A DNA stretch of 37,571 nucleotides from Ardenticatenia bacterium (GTDB lineage Bacteria; Chloroflexota; Anaerolineae; Aggregatilineales; JALXEW01), in assembly GCA_027069285.1 (NCBI GenBank), contig JALXEW010000273.1:1-37571 (forward strand). The letters are read 5' to 3'. The notes beneath the pieces were generated by a model. It saw only the letters and a program-made list of their open reading frames with translations. It was not told the DNA's origin and did not search any database. A program made the translations under genes and the position numbers. Position 1 is the stretch's first letter. Each line of letters opens with the position of its first letter. Below are positions 1 through 9,565 of this stretch, piece by piece.

Positions 1-2
1 CC

Positions 3-521
3 GCCGATACCATAGGTCCGCCGTTAGCCGTCGCGGCCACACCTTCGCCGACGCCCACCTACACCCCCCTCCCCCGTTCCACTGACATATTCTCCGGCGA
101 AGTTGAGGCCACCTTCACATTCACGCCAACGCCGCCCGGCACCGTCATACCGGATGCCCCGCCGCCGATAGGCTGCAACGACCCAGGGGCGATCATAACA
201 TTGCCCGTTAACGGCCAGGTCATACAAGAGGCCATCCCGGTTACCGGCTCGGCCAGCACCCCTGGCTTTGCCTCATACAAATTCGAACTCAACGGCCCCA
301 GCACCAACGACGTCTGGTCGGTGCTGCGGACGTACACCACCCCCGTCGAAAACGGCGTCCTGGGTCAACTGGACGGATCGGCATTTCTGCCGGGCATGTA
401 CCAATTCCGGCTCACAGTAGTGGATACCACCGATCACCCGATAGCCAGCTGCACCATCACCATAGTGATCGCCGAGCCGGCCACGCCCACACCCACTCCC
501 AGCCCGATAGTCGGCCCCTGA
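3..521 (+). CDS. Hypothetical protein, 5'-truncated by the window edge; Pro/Thr-rich linkers flank a beta-rich Ig-like domain (probably extracytoplasmic)
   Basis: The frame of the 201..521 ORF is open back to position 3 (ADTIGPPLAVAATPSPTPTYTP...IGCNDPGAIITLPVNGQ...PTPTPSPIVGP*). It carries PT repeats and two Cys. Confidence 0.75.
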   Translation, partial: ADTIGPPLAVAATPSPTPTYTPLPRSTDIFSGEVEATFTFTPTPPGTVIPDAPPPIGCNDPGAIITLPVNGQVIQEAIPVTGSASTPGFASYKFELNGPSTNDVWSVLRTYTTPVENGVLGQLDGSAFLPGMYQFRLTVVDTTDHPIASCTITIVIAEPATPTPTPSPIVGP

Positions 522-522
522 A

Positions 523-1119
523 CTACTCCGACCTGCCGTCTGGCCGTCCGTAAAGCCACCAAAACGTATAGGAAGGATATGCCGGCAACAGAATCGGATC
601 CCAGATAAAATCGCCTGCGCGGAAAAATCCCCGCAGGCGCCCATCCAGCCTATCCTGGCGCTCCTGTGAGCTTTCCAGGTTCAAGTGCAGCGAATGGCCC
701 TCGGCGATCAAATGGTGGATTATCGTACGCTTTTCCGCCTCGGAAGGATAAGCATCCGAGCACCTCGCCACCGAATCATCGCACTCATCCAGGTACCACT
801 TCCAGGAATCCTGGCGGGCGTCCAACTCGCGCATGAGCTTAGCCTCGTAATGAGCCTGCCATTCGGCGCGGGCGATATTAAGGCTGGATTCGGCCAGTTC
901 CAGGATGGCACATTGCCGCTCGTCCAGGCGGTGACAGATGGCACGCAACCTGTGCAACCTCAGCAAAAACCCCCCAACCGTCATACGTGGCAGCTGAGGG
1001 TCTCCGAGATTGCCGTATAGGGGTTCCTCGTATAAGTAAACCTCAAGCGATTGGGCCATTGCCCGGATGGCCTGGACATCATGGTCTATATCGAATTTGA
1101 AATAACTTTTGCCGCTCAT
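523..1119 (-). CDS. Hypothetical protein, helical (198 aa)
   Basis: ORF 523..1245 re-started at ATG 1119 (MSGKSYFKF), which follows the SD-containing GGAGGGAATGTG. The upstream extension overlaps another small ORF and hairpins. Confidence 0.7.
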   Translation of the reverse strand: MSGKSYFKFDIDHDVQAIRAMAQSLEVYLYEEPLYGNLGDPQLPRMTVGGFLLRLHRLRAICHRLDERQCAILELAESSLNIARAEWQAHYEAKLMRELDARQDSWKWYLDECDDSVARCSDAYPSEAEKRTIIHHLIAEGHSLHLNLESSQERQDRLDGRLRGFFRAGDFIWDPILLPAYPSYTFWWLYGRPDGRSE

Positions 1120-1161
1120 CACATTCCCTCCGGGCCGGCGATCCGCCGCCTGGGCGTATAG

Positions 1162-1180
1162 GGGGCGGCGGAGCCGCCCC
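1162..1180. repeat. GC-rich palindrome GGGGCGGC-GGA-GCCGCCCC (intercistronic hairpin, REP-like)
   Basis: 8-bp perfect stem between the 45-aa ORF and the 198-aa ORF. Confidence 0.5.
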
Positions 1181-1198
1181 TGATTCCTTGTCGGTTCC

Positions 1199-1336
1199 TC
1201 ACGCGGGGGGTGTGATCTCCAGCCACTCCATAGCCTCATCGTCATCGTGCCTGAGCAAACGCCGTATGGTCATATAGGCACCGATGAGCATACCGACCAC
1301 CGCTCCCCATATCAGAGCCTTCTTCTCCAAGAGCAT
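1199..1336 (-). CDS. Small single-pass membrane protein, 45 aa (MLLEKKALIWGAVVGMLIGAYMTIRRLLRHDDDEAMEWLEITPPA)
   Basis: Manual translation. Strong SD (GGGAGGGAATGTC-ATG), a hydrophobic helix followed by RR and an acidic tail, and it fills the gap between two same-strand genes. Confidence 0.7.
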   Translation of the reverse strand: MLLEKKALIWGAVVGMLIGAYMTIRRLLRHDDDEAMEWLEITPPA

Positions 1337-1370
1337 GACATTCCCTCCCAAAAGGTACGATGGCACAGGC

Positions 1371-1775
1371 TCACACGTCCAGGCGCCTGGGGTTCTTATA
1401 AGCCGGGTGGCCCTGCACGGCCTGCCACCTGGCCTCGCGAGCCTTTGGGTCGGCGTGCCACTCGGTCACCACCCACCCATCAGAATCCTCATACCTCAGA
1501 GTTGGCGCGAACTTCAGCGCGTACCTGAGTGCCTCGGCCACCGCTGGCGCCTCACCTTCGCATCGCAAAGTCAGCCACCTGCCCGGCTCCCATTCGACGG
1601 CGATCCGCTTCCCCTTCCACCAGCCCTCGGCGCGGAACGGCGCCTCGGCTCGGACACATCTCACATAGGCACCGTTGACCCGTTCCGCCCACAGCGTGCG
1701 ATTTACCTGTGCAGTGATAACATGGGCCTGCGAGTCCGGTGAGCTGTAGAACCAGGCTCTGGCGTCAACGGTCAT
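1371..1775 (-). CDS. Hypothetical protein, Trp-rich, 134 aa
   Basis: ORF with SD GGAGGAGAT-ATG. No family recognised. Confidence 0.7.
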   Translation of the reverse strand: MTVDARAWFYSSPDSQAHVITAQVNRTLWAERVNGAYVRCVRAEAPFRAEGWWKGKRIAVEWEPGRWLTLRCEGEAPAVAEALRYALKFAPTLRYEDSDGWVVTEWHADPKAREARWQAVQGHPAYKNPRRLDV

Positions 1776-2156
1776 ATCTCCCTCCTATCGAAAGCGTGCC
1801 TCGTTGCGGACGTGAACGCATATGACTATAGCTCGAAAGCGCACCACGGCGCAAAACCTTAACATAGAGGACAAGATCGCGGGCAAATCGGCCTGGGAAC
1901 CGGGCACACTCAGGTTGCCGTTGGGGGGATTCGTGCCGGTTTGGAGGGCGGCCAGACATCGAGTATGATAGGGTCACGCTCTTTTGCGAGGAGAAGAGGG
2001 CCGCTCCAGAAGTGGCCCGCCACAGATAGGCGTACACAGTGAGTGCAACTGGATATGGACCACACATTGCAGACGACCGGACAGGAGACCGCTGCCGGAG
2101 AAAAAATAGCCAGAATACCACCGACCGGGGATAACACCCATGCAACCCCCCGCACT

Positions 2157-3467
2157 ATGGCCGATAGCATCAACACCGAGACCTTCCGCTCGCTGATGCG
2201 GAACCGCAGCTTCATGGTGCTATGGATCGGGCAGATAACCTCATATATAGGCGACCAATTCACGACGGTTGCCGCCATAGCAGTCATCAGCCAGATGGTC
2301 AGACTCGAGCAACTGGCCACCGGCGACGTGGGATTTTCCTCCGCCATGCCGGTAGCCTTGCTGGCCATCGCGATAACCCTTCCACAGATACTATTCGGCC
2401 TGGTTGCGGGCGTCTTCGTTGACCGGCTGGATCGTAAGTGGGTCATGTTTTCCACCGACGTAATTCGGGGCCTGCTCATCCTGATGACCCTATTTGTCCA
2501 CACGCCGGACGACTTCTGGATATTCTACCTGGTTGGCTTCGGCGTCTACACCGCCGGGATATTCTTCTACCCGGCTCGCAGCGCAGTCATGCCGAACATC
2601 ATGTCGACCGAGCGCCTGGCCGCTGCCAACGCGCTACTGGAAGCCGGATTCGTCATCGCACTGATATTCGGCTCCAGCATCGCCGGAGTGCTGGTTGACC
2701 ATAGCGGGCCATTTGGCACCAATGGGCCATACGTAGCCTTCACTTTTGACGCGGCCACCTACTTCTTCTCCGCCCTGATGATACTCATCATGCGTGTGCC
2801 CAAGCGCAAAGCACCGGAAACCCCACCGGCCACGTTCCGCGAGGTATGGAACGACCTCGTTACCGGGCTACGTTACACATGGAAGACCGTAGAGCTACGC
2901 TCCATCATGGCCCTATCGGTTGTCACCGCCTTCAGCCTGGGCATGGTCATAATCCTATCGCTGGAGTATCTGGAAAACACCTTGCATATCGGCCCATCGG
3001 GCTTTGGGCTGGTGATCGCGATGCTGGGCATAGGCGTGGTAGTCGGCGGCATCTTCATCCAGCGCCTTTCCAGGTACCTGCCGACCGACCGGCTGACCGC
3101 CCTGGCCCTCACCATCAACGGATTAGCCGTAATGGGATTTGTGCTCAAACCGCGATTCGGCATCGTACTCAGCTTCGCCTGGCTGATCGGCATAAGCCTG
3201 GTCGTGGCCCGGACGGTGCTCTCGACTCTCACCCAGGCCATTCCCCCGGACGATTTGCGCGGAAGAGTACAAAGCGCGTATAACCTGATCACACAGATAG
3301 CGACCACATCCGCCATAGGCATCGGGGGCGTGGCCGCGCAATACTTAAGCAGCCGGTCGGTATTCCTGACCGCCGGCCTGATCACCCTGGCATCTGCCGC
3401 AGCGTCGCTTGTGGCGCTGCGAGGGGTGGATGAAACCGTTTACGGTAAAGGAGGAGGTACAACATGA
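2157..3467 (+). CDS. MFS transporter (DHA3/MFS_3-like efflux family)
   Basis: About 12 hydrophobic helices with motifs RNRSFMVLWIGQITSYIGD, GVFVDRLDRK (MFS motif A) and LRGRVQSAY. The start is uncertain (2157 ATG preferred, 2043 GTG possible). Confidence 0.9.
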   Translation: MADSINTETFRSLMRNRSFMVLWIGQITSYIGDQFTTVAAIAVISQMVRLEQLATGDVGFSSAMPVALLAIAITLPQILFGLVAGVFVDRLDRKWVMFSTDVIRGLLILMTLFVHTPDDFWIFYLVGFGVYTAGIFFYPARSAVMPNIMSTERLAAANALLEAGFVIALIFGSSIAGVLVDHSGPFGTNGPYVAFTFDAATYFFSALMILIMRVPKRKAPETPPATFREVWNDLVTGLRYTWKTVELRSIMALSVVTAFSLGMVIILSLEYLENTLHIGPSGFGLVIAMLGIGVVVGGIFIQRLSRYLPTDRLTALALTINGLAVMGFVLKPRFGIVLSFAWLIGISLVVARTVLSTLTQAIPPDDLRGRVQSAYNLITQIATTSAIGIGGVAAQYLSSRSVFLTAGLITLASAAASLVALRGVDETVYGKGGGTT

Positions 3468-3862
3468 GGAGCAAATTTTTCCTGCTGATAGTCGCTGTCC
3501 TATTGGGGGCGTGGCTACTTTCGGCCTGTGGCGGCGCCACTCCGACCCCTACACCGGAGCCAACCGAAGAAGAAGCCACCGTAGAGCCAACCGCTGAAGA
3601 AGCCGAAGAAGAACCCACCGCAGAGGAAGAAGAAGCCACACCGGAGGAAGCCGAAGAAGAAGGCGCAGCCGAAGAAGAAGCCATTGATGGCGAGACCCTG
3701 GTGCAGGAACGCTGCACCGTCTGTCACGACACTGGCCGCATCGATAGAGAAGATCACACCGAAGAAGAATGGGCCGAAGTCGTGGACGAAATGATCGAAA
3801 AAGGCGCCGAACTCACCGACGAAGAACGTCAGATCGTCATCGAATACCTGGCTTCCAGGTAA
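3464..3862 (+). CDS. Lipoprotein monoheme cytochrome c with an acidic Pro/Thr/Glu linker
   Basis: Signal peptide with lipobox LSA-C, a PTEEE/PTAEE linker, the heme motif CTVCH and a candidate distal Met (VVDEM). SD GGAGGAGG; ATGA overlap with the MFS stop. Confidence 0.85.
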   Translation: MRSKFFLLIVAVLLGAWLLSACGGATPTPTPEPTEEEATVEPTAEEAEEEPTAEEEEATPEEAEEEGAAEEEAIDGETLVQERCTVCHDTGRIDREDHTEEEWAEVVDEMIEKGAELTDEERQIVIEYLASR

Positions 3863-3890
3863 AACACCACCCCAGGCAGAGCTGGAACCC

Positions 3891-3924
3891 TTCGCACCTA
3901 CGGGGCCTACCCCGTGGGTGCGAA
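3891..3924. terminator. Long hairpin after the cytochrome c gene (candidate terminator or REP-like element)
   Basis: TTCGCACCTACGGGG-CCTA-CCCCGTGGGTGCGAA, a 15-bp stem with one G-U pair, followed by AT-rich TATTTATT. Confidence 0.55.
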
Positions 3925-3948
3925 TATTTATTGCCGATATAAGAATTA

Positions 3949-3977
3949 TTGACACCACCATCGCCGCGTGTTATAAT
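3949..3977 (+). promoter_or_regulatory. Consensus sigma70 promoter of the suf operon (with extended -10)
   Basis: TTGACA (3949-3954) - 17 nt - TATAAT (3972-3977), with TG at 3969-3970 and an AT-rich UP-like tract upstream. Confidence 0.9.
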
Positions 3978-4018
3978 CCCGCCCGCTTGAAGCCCCGGTA
4001 GGGGCACGAGGAGGTAAC

Positions 4019-4804
4019 ATGAGCGCCACGTTGGAGATACGCAACCTGCACGTCTCGGTGGAGGGACGACTCATACTTAACGGCGTGAACCTGACCGTGC
4101 GTCAGGGCGAAATCCATGCCCTGATGGGGCCTAACGGCTCCGGCAAAAGCACATTAGCCAACACCATCATGGGTCATCCGGCCTACATAGTCGAACAAGG
4201 CGACATCCTGTTTGACGGCCAAAGCATCCTCGACCTCAAAACCGACGAGCGTGCCAGACTGGGCCTCTTCCTGGCCTTCCAGTACCCGGTCGCGATACCC
4301 GGAGTCACCGTCGCCAACTTCATCCGCACCGCCATTAACGCCCGTCGCCGGGCACTCGACCCCCAGGATAAAGGCATCTCGATCCCCGAATTCCGCAAAC
4401 TGCTCAAGGCCAAAATGGACTTCCTGCAAATGGACTACAACTTTGCGGGCCGCTACCTGAACGACGGATTTTCCGGCGGCGAGAAAAAGCGAGTAGAAGT
4501 CCTGCAACTTGCCGCATTAGAACCCAAGATCGCCATCCTGGACGAGACCGATTCCGGCCTGGATATAGACGCCCTACGGATAGTAGCCGAAGGCGTCAAC
4601 GCCCTTGCCGGGCCGAGCCTGGGCGTACTGGTGATCACCCACTACCAACGCATACTCAACTACATCAAGCCCCAGTACGTGCACATCATGCTCGAAGGCC
4701 GGATAGTGGAAAGCGGTGGCGCCGATATGGCACTGAAACTGGAAGAAAAAGGCTACGACTGGGTTCGCGAGAAATACGGAAACGGCGCCCCACAGGCAGT
4801 CTGA
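4019..4804 (+). CDS. sufC: Fe-S cluster assembly ATPase SufC
   Basis: Walker [46 protein letters not shown]. Confidence 0.97.
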   Translation: MSATLEIRNLHVSVEGRLILNGVNLTVRQGEIHALMGPNGSGKSTLANTIMGHPAYIVEQGDILFDGQSILDLKTDERARLGLFLAFQYPVAIPGVTVANFIRTAINARRRALDPQDKGISIPEFRKLLKAKMDFLQMDYNFAGRYLNDGFSGGEKKRVEVLQLAALEPKIAILDETDSGLDIDALRIVAEGVNALAGPSLGVLVITHYQRILNYIKPQYVHIMLEGRIVESGGADMALKLEEKGYDWVREKYGNGAPQAV

Positions 4805-4834
4805 ACCGCCCGTGGGCCTTGTGAGAGGTGAAGC

Positions 4835-6256
4835 ATGGCAACCGGCGGCAAAGCCGATGAGCTACGTGGCATAAGAGAGGATTACGAACAAAAATACGGC
4901 TTCCACACCCCCGAAGAATACGTCTTCAAGGCCCGCAAGGGCCTTGACCGCGAAATAGTGGAGCAGATCTCGTACATGAAGGGCGAGCCGGACTGGATGC
5001 GCGAATTTCGGCTCCGGGCGCTCGACATATTCTTCAAAAAACCGATGCCCACCTGGGGCGCCGACCTGAGCGAGATAAACTTCGACGACATATACTACTA
5101 CATCAAGCCCGCCGACCAGCAAGTTCGCGATTGGGACGACGTACCCGAATACATCAAAGAGACCTTTGAACGTCTGGGGGTGCCGGAGGCCGAACGCAAA
5201 TTCCTGGCCGGAGTCGGCGCCCAATTCGAAAGCGAAGTCGTCTACCACAACATCCAAAAGCACCTGGAAGACCAGGGCGTGATCTTCCTGGATATGGACT
5301 CCGGCTTGCGGAAATACCCCGACCTGGTAAAAGAATACTTTGGCAAACTCGTCCCGCCCACCGATAACAAATTCGCCGCACTCAACTCGGCGGTATGGAG
5401 CGGCGGCACCTTCATATACGTCCCCCCCGGCGTACACGTAGACATGCCGCTCCAGGCATACTTCCGCATCAACGCCCAGAACATGGGCCAATTTGAGCGC
5501 ACCCTGATAATCGCCGACGAAGACTCCTACGTCCATTACGTCGAAGGCTGCACCGCCGTCATATACTCCACCGATAGCCTCCACAGCGCCGTAGTCGAGA
5601 TATTCGTCAAACCCGGTGCCAGAGTGCGCTACAGCACGATTCAGAACTGGTCGAACAACGTCTACAACCTGGTGACCAAACGGGCCGCTGCCTACCGTGA
5701 TGCCACCATGGAGTGGATTGACGGCAATATCGGCTCCAAAGTGACGATGAAATACCCTGCCGTATTGCTGATGGAGCCGGGCGCCCACGGCGAAATGCTC
5801 TCGATAGCGTTTGCCGGGCGCGGCCAGCATCAGGATGCGGGCGGCAAAATGATCCACCTGGCCCCCCATACCACCTCGCAGATCGTCAGCAAAAGCATCA
5901 GCAAAGACGGCGGCAGGTCCACCTATCGCGGACTGGTCAGAGTGCGCAAGGGCGCCCACGGCTGTCGCAGCAAAGTCACATGTGACGCCCTGATACTGGA
6001 CGAACACAGCCGCAGCGACACCTACCCCGTCATCGAAGTCGGCGAGCAAGACGTAGAGATCGGCCACGAAGCATCCGTCAGCCGGGTCACCGAAGAACAA
6101 CTCTTCTACCTGATGAGCCGTGGATTGGATGAGGAACAATCGAACGTCATGGTAGTCAGCGGGTTCATCGAACCATTTGTCAAAGAGCTCCCTATGGAAT
6201 ACGCCGTTGAGATGAACCGCCTGATCGCATTACAAATGGAAGGTTCCGTCGGATAA
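4835..6256 (+). CDS. sufB: Fe-S cluster assembly scaffold SufB
   Basis: [65 protein letters not shown]. Confidence 0.97.
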   Translation: MATGGKADELRGIREDYEQKYGFHTPEEYVFKARKGLDREIVEQISYMKGEPDWMREFRLRALDIFFKKPMPTWGADLSEINFDDIYYYIKPADQQVRDWDDVPEYIKETFERLGVPEAERKFLAGVGAQFESEVVYHNIQKHLEDQGVIFLDMDSGLRKYPDLVKEYFGKLVPPTDNKFAALNSAVWSGGTFIYVPPGVHVDMPLQAYFRINAQNMGQFERTLIIADEDSYVHYVEGCTAVIYSTDSLHSAVVEIFVKPGARVRYSTIQNWSNNVYNLVTKRAAAYRDATMEWIDGNIGSKVTMKYPAVLLMEPGAHGEMLSIAFAGRGQHQDAGGKMIHLAPHTTSQIVSKSISKDGGRSTYRGLVRVRKGAHGCRSKVTCDALILDEHSRSDTYPVIEVGEQDVEIGHEASVSRVTEEQLFYLMSRGLDEEQSNVMVVSGFIEPFVKELPMEYAVEMNRLIALQMEGSVG

Positions 6257-7566
6257 TGACCAAACGCATCACATCGCTCCGCCCGATACCATACATCCGC
6301 GCAGACGTGGAAGAACTATCCCGCTCCCGCTCCGAGCCGGCCTGGCTCCTGGAGCGTCGTTTGCGGGCGTGGGAGATATTCGAGTCGCTCCCCATGCCGG
6401 GACCCAAAGACGAAAGCTGGCGTCGCACCGACTACCGCGCCATTAAATGGGACGCCGTAGCTCACCTCGTCCCCGGTCGGCAAGCGCCGACCGGATTACC
6501 CGAAAGCGACTCCGACGGCGGCCTGATCGTCCAATCCGGCGCCGAGACCGTTCGGGCGCAACTTGCCGGAGAACTTGCCGCCAAAGGCGTCATATTCACC
6601 GACTTGACAACCGCGCTCGCCGAACACGGCGGACTCCTGCGCGAGCACCTGATGACCCGTGCCGTCCTGCCCGAAAACGGCAAATTCGCCGCCCTTCACG
6701 GCGCATTATGGACGCATGGGATACTACTTTACGTGCCGCGTGGGGTAGACGTGACATTACCGCTACACTCGATCTGGTGGGCGGGCGAACCCGGCACCAT
6801 CATGGGCCACGTGCTGATAGTCCTGGATGAAAACGCATCCGTCTCATACATCCACGAGACAGCATCGCCCACGCTGCAGGAACAGGCCCTATCGGTTGGG
6901 GCCACCGAGATCATCCTCGGCCCAAATTCATCCCTGAGATACGTCCAAATCCAGAACTGGGGGCGCCATACATTTGAATTCGGCCATAACCATGCCCTGT
7001 TGACCCGTGACGCCCATCTGGAATGGGTCATAAACAGCATCGGCTCCAGATTAAGCAAATCATTCGTGCGCGTGGAACTGGAAGGTGAGGGCGCCTCGGC
7101 CACCGTATCCGGCATCTACTTCGCCTCCGACGGCCAATTACTGGATCACGATACCCGGCAGAACCACAAAGCCCCTCGCACCACCAGCAACCTCCTGTTC
7201 AAAGGAGCCGTCAAAGGCACCGGACGCTCCGTATGGCAGGGCATGATCCACGTACATCCCGGCGCCCAAAAGATAGACGGCTTCCAGGAAAGTCGTACAC
7301 TGCTCCTGAGCGAGGGCGCACATGCCGATAACATCCCCGGCCTGGAGATCGAAGCCGATGACGTGAAATGCTCACATGCTGCAACCGTTGGCCGACTGGA
7401 AGAGGAACCGATATACTACCTGATGACACGTGGGGTTCCGCGCGCCGAAGCGGAAAGGCTCATCATCGAAGGCTTTTTCGCCCAGGTGATGGACCGTATA
7501 CCGTTTGCGAGCGTCAGGGAGCGGCTGGGAGAAGAGATCGCCGGTCGGCTGAACGGCTCCGGCTGA
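6256..7566 (+). CDS. sufD: Fe-S cluster assembly protein SufD
   Basis: E-SWRRTD, PGLEIEADDVKCSHAATVG, YYLMTRG; TAATG overlap with sufB. Confidence 0.95.
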   Translation: MTKRITSLRPIPYIRADVEELSRSRSEPAWLLERRLRAWEIFESLPMPGPKDESWRRTDYRAIKWDAVAHLVPGRQAPTGLPESDSDGGLIVQSGAETVRAQLAGELAAKGVIFTDLTTALAEHGGLLREHLMTRAVLPENGKFAALHGALWTHGILLYVPRGVDVTLPLHSIWWAGEPGTIMGHVLIVLDENASVSYIHETASPTLQEQALSVGATEIILGPNSSLRYVQIQNWGRHTFEFGHNHALLTRDAHLEWVINSIGSRLSKSFVRVELEGEGASATVSGIYFASDGQLLDHDTRQNHKAPRTTSNLLFKGAVKGTGRSVWQGMIHVHPGAQKIDGFQESRTLLLSEGAHADNIPGLEIEADDVKCSHAATVGRLEEEPIYYLMTRGVPRAEAERLIIEGFFAQVMDRIPFASVRERLGEEIAGRLNGSG

Positions 7567-7625
7567 GCCTCTCCACCCCGACGTGCCGTTTACAAGAGAG
7601 CCTCTTTTACGGACAAGGGGGGTAT

Positions 7626-8876
7626 ATGTGTAGCAGCGAGATACAATCTCCTCTCGACGCGGAAGCCATCCGCGCCGATTTCCCCGTCTTGGGCCGAGAA
7701 GCCAGGCCCGGAGTACCTCTGGTTTACCTTGACAATGCCGCAACTTCCCAAAAGCCCCGCCCGGTCATCGAAGCGATAGAACATTTCTACTCCCACTATA
7801 ATGCCAACGTCCATCGCGGCATCCACGCCCTGAGCGAGGAGGCCACCATTGCCTACGAAGGTGCCCGCGACAAAATCGCCGCCTTCATCAACGCCTCGTC
7901 TCGCAAAGAAGTCATATTCACTCGCGGCACCACCGAAGGCATCAACCTGGTTGCCTCCACCTGGGGGCGGGCCAACATCGGCCCGGGTGACGTGATCCTC
8001 ACCACGCAGATGGAGCACCACTCCAACCTGGTGCCCTGGCAACTGCTTGCCCAGGAAAAAGGCGCCGAACTTCGCTTCATCCCCGCCACCCAAGAGGGCG
8101 AACTCGACCTGAGTGGCCTGGATGACCTGCTGGACGGCCCGGTCAAGATCGTGGCCGTCATGCACGTATCCAACGTCCTGGGAACCATCAACCCCATCAA
8201 GCAGATCATAGATAAAGCCCATCAGGCCGGCGCCGTCGTGTTGATAGATGGTGCCCAGAGCGTCCCCCACATGCCGATTGACGTCCAGGAGCTGGGGATG
8301 GACTTTCTGGCCTTTTCCGGCCACAAAATGCTCGGCCCCACCGGGATCGGAGTGCTCTATGGGCGGCGCGAACTGCTTGAGGAAATGCCGCCTTATATGG
8401 GCGGCGGCGACATGATCAGGCGCGTTGAGCTGAGCCATAGCGAGTGGAACGAGCTACCCTGGAAATTCGAAGCCGGCACGCCAAACATCGCCGGTGGGAT
8501 CGGGCTGGGAGTTGCGGTCGAATACCTTTCCAGGATCGGCATGGAAAAAATACTCGCCCACGAGCAAGAGCTGACCGCCTACGCGCTCGAACGCCTTTCC
8601 GAAGTGCCCGGCCTGAAAGTCTACGGCCCGCCTGCCGAAAAGAAATGCGGAGTCGCCTCATTTTGCATCGAAGGCCTGCACCCGCATGACATGGCCCAAC
8701 TGCTTGATGCAGAAGGAGTTGCCGTACGGGCCGGTCACCACTGTGCGCAGCCGCTGCACATGGTGCTTGGAGCGCCGGCCACCACGCGCGCCAGCTTCTA
8801 CCTTTACAACCTACCGGGAGAAGTTGACGCCTTAATAGAGGCCATATACAAAGCAAAGGCCAGATTCTCGCTCTGA
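7626..8876 (+). CDS. sufS: Cysteine desulfurase SufS (group II)
   Basis: YLDNAATSQKP, NANVHRGIH, SGHKMLGPTGIG (PLP Lys), RAGHHCAQP (catalytic Cys). Start moved from 7368 to ATG 7626 after AAGGGGGG. Confidence 0.96.
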   Translation: MCSSEIQSPLDAEAIRADFPVLGREARPGVPLVYLDNAATSQKPRPVIEAIEHFYSHYNANVHRGIHALSEEATIAYEGARDKIAAFINASSRKEVIFTRGTTEGINLVASTWGRANIGPGDVILTTQMEHHSNLVPWQLLAQEKGAELRFIPATQEGELDLSGLDDLLDGPVKIVAVMHVSNVLGTINPIKQIIDKAHQAGAVVLIDGAQSVPHMPIDVQELGMDFLAFSGHKMLGPTGIGVLYGRRELLEEMPPYMGGGDMIRRVELSHSEWNELPWKFEAGTPNIAGGIGLGVAVEYLSRIGMEKILAHEQELTAYALERLSEVPGLKVYGPPAEKKCGVASFCIEGLHPHDMAQLLDAEGVAVRAGHHCAQPLHMVLGAPATTRASFYLYNLPGEVDALIEAIYKAKARFSL

Positions 8877-8980
8877 GGCGCCGGAAACCGTAACGCATGG
8901 GGCGCGGTGCCGGAGCGATAGCCAGAATGACCGTTCCCGGCCCGCGTCCCCATAACTCGCCCGCTCACGGGAGGGAGATT

Positions 8981-9376
8981 ATGGACGACCTTTACCGGGA
9001 TAACATCCTGGATCACTTCACAAACCCGCGCAATCGCGGGCTTTTGGAAAACCCGGATATAGAATTCGCCGACGACAACCCGTTATGTGGCGATCACCTC
9101 CACTTCACCATGAAAGTGGACGAGAACGACAGAGTCGTAGAAGTCGGCTGGGAAGGACAGGGATGTGCCATCAGCCAGGCATCTGCCTCGATGATGAGCG
9201 AACACATCATCGGCAAGACCCTGGACGAGATACGGGGAATGACCAAGCGGGACGTATTGGATTTGCTTGGGATCGAACTGGGAGCGGTGCGCATCAAATG
9301 CGCCCTGCTATCCCTCAAAGTCATCAAAGCCGGCGCATATGGCCTTGACGGGCTGCCGGGCGACGAGGAAATATAA
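8981..9376 (+). CDS. sufU: SUF-system NifU/IscU-family protein SufU
   Basis: ILDHFTNPRN, NPLCGD, GCAISQASAS, RIKCALL; SD GGGAGGGAG before ATG 8981. Confidence 0.93.
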   Translation: MDDLYRDNILDHFTNPRNRGLLENPDIEFADDNPLCGDHLHFTMKVDENDRVVEVGWEGQGCAISQASASMMSEHIIGKTLDEIRGMTKRDVLDLLGIELGAVRIKCALLSLKVIKAGAYGLDGLPGDEEI

Positions 9377-9417
9377 GCGGCATAAAGCAAGGGAACCTGC
9401 CTTGCGATGAGCCGGAG

Positions 9418-9455
9418 AGTCTGTAGGCCGGGTTTCCGCACCCGGCCTTAGACGT
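9418..9455. terminator. Hairpin between the convergent sufU and flavoprotein genes (GTAG-REP-like)
   Basis: GTCT-GT-AGGCCGGG-TTTCCGCA-CCCGGCCT-T-AGAC. A second small hairpin, GCAAGG..CCTTGC, lies at about 9388-9406. Confidence 0.5.
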
Positions 9456-9565
9456 AAGCGGAGCGGATAAGCGTAGAAGCCCCGCCCTGTAGTGACCCGC
9501 AGGCCATGCGCCCCGGTTCCCATCACCGCCTTTAACAGCATGTATGGGGAGAACCTGCCTCAAGG

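Noticed and set aside
3540-3690. GAAGAA-rich tandem-like repeats
   Set aside because: They are explained by the Glu/Ala/Pro/Thr linker of the cytochrome c and are not an array or mobile repeat.
3929-3939. TTATTGCCGAT shared between the suf upstream region and the SCP2 promoter (minus strand, about 36135-36145)
   Set aside because: It is a single non-palindromic 11-mer at different positions relative to the two promoters and is compatible with chance.
4862-6139. Long antisense ORFs (e.g. 425 aa opposite sufB, 282 aa opposite sufS, 281 aa opposite M32)
   Set aside because: These are shadow frames of strongly conserved genes in GC-rich DNA and carry no motifs.
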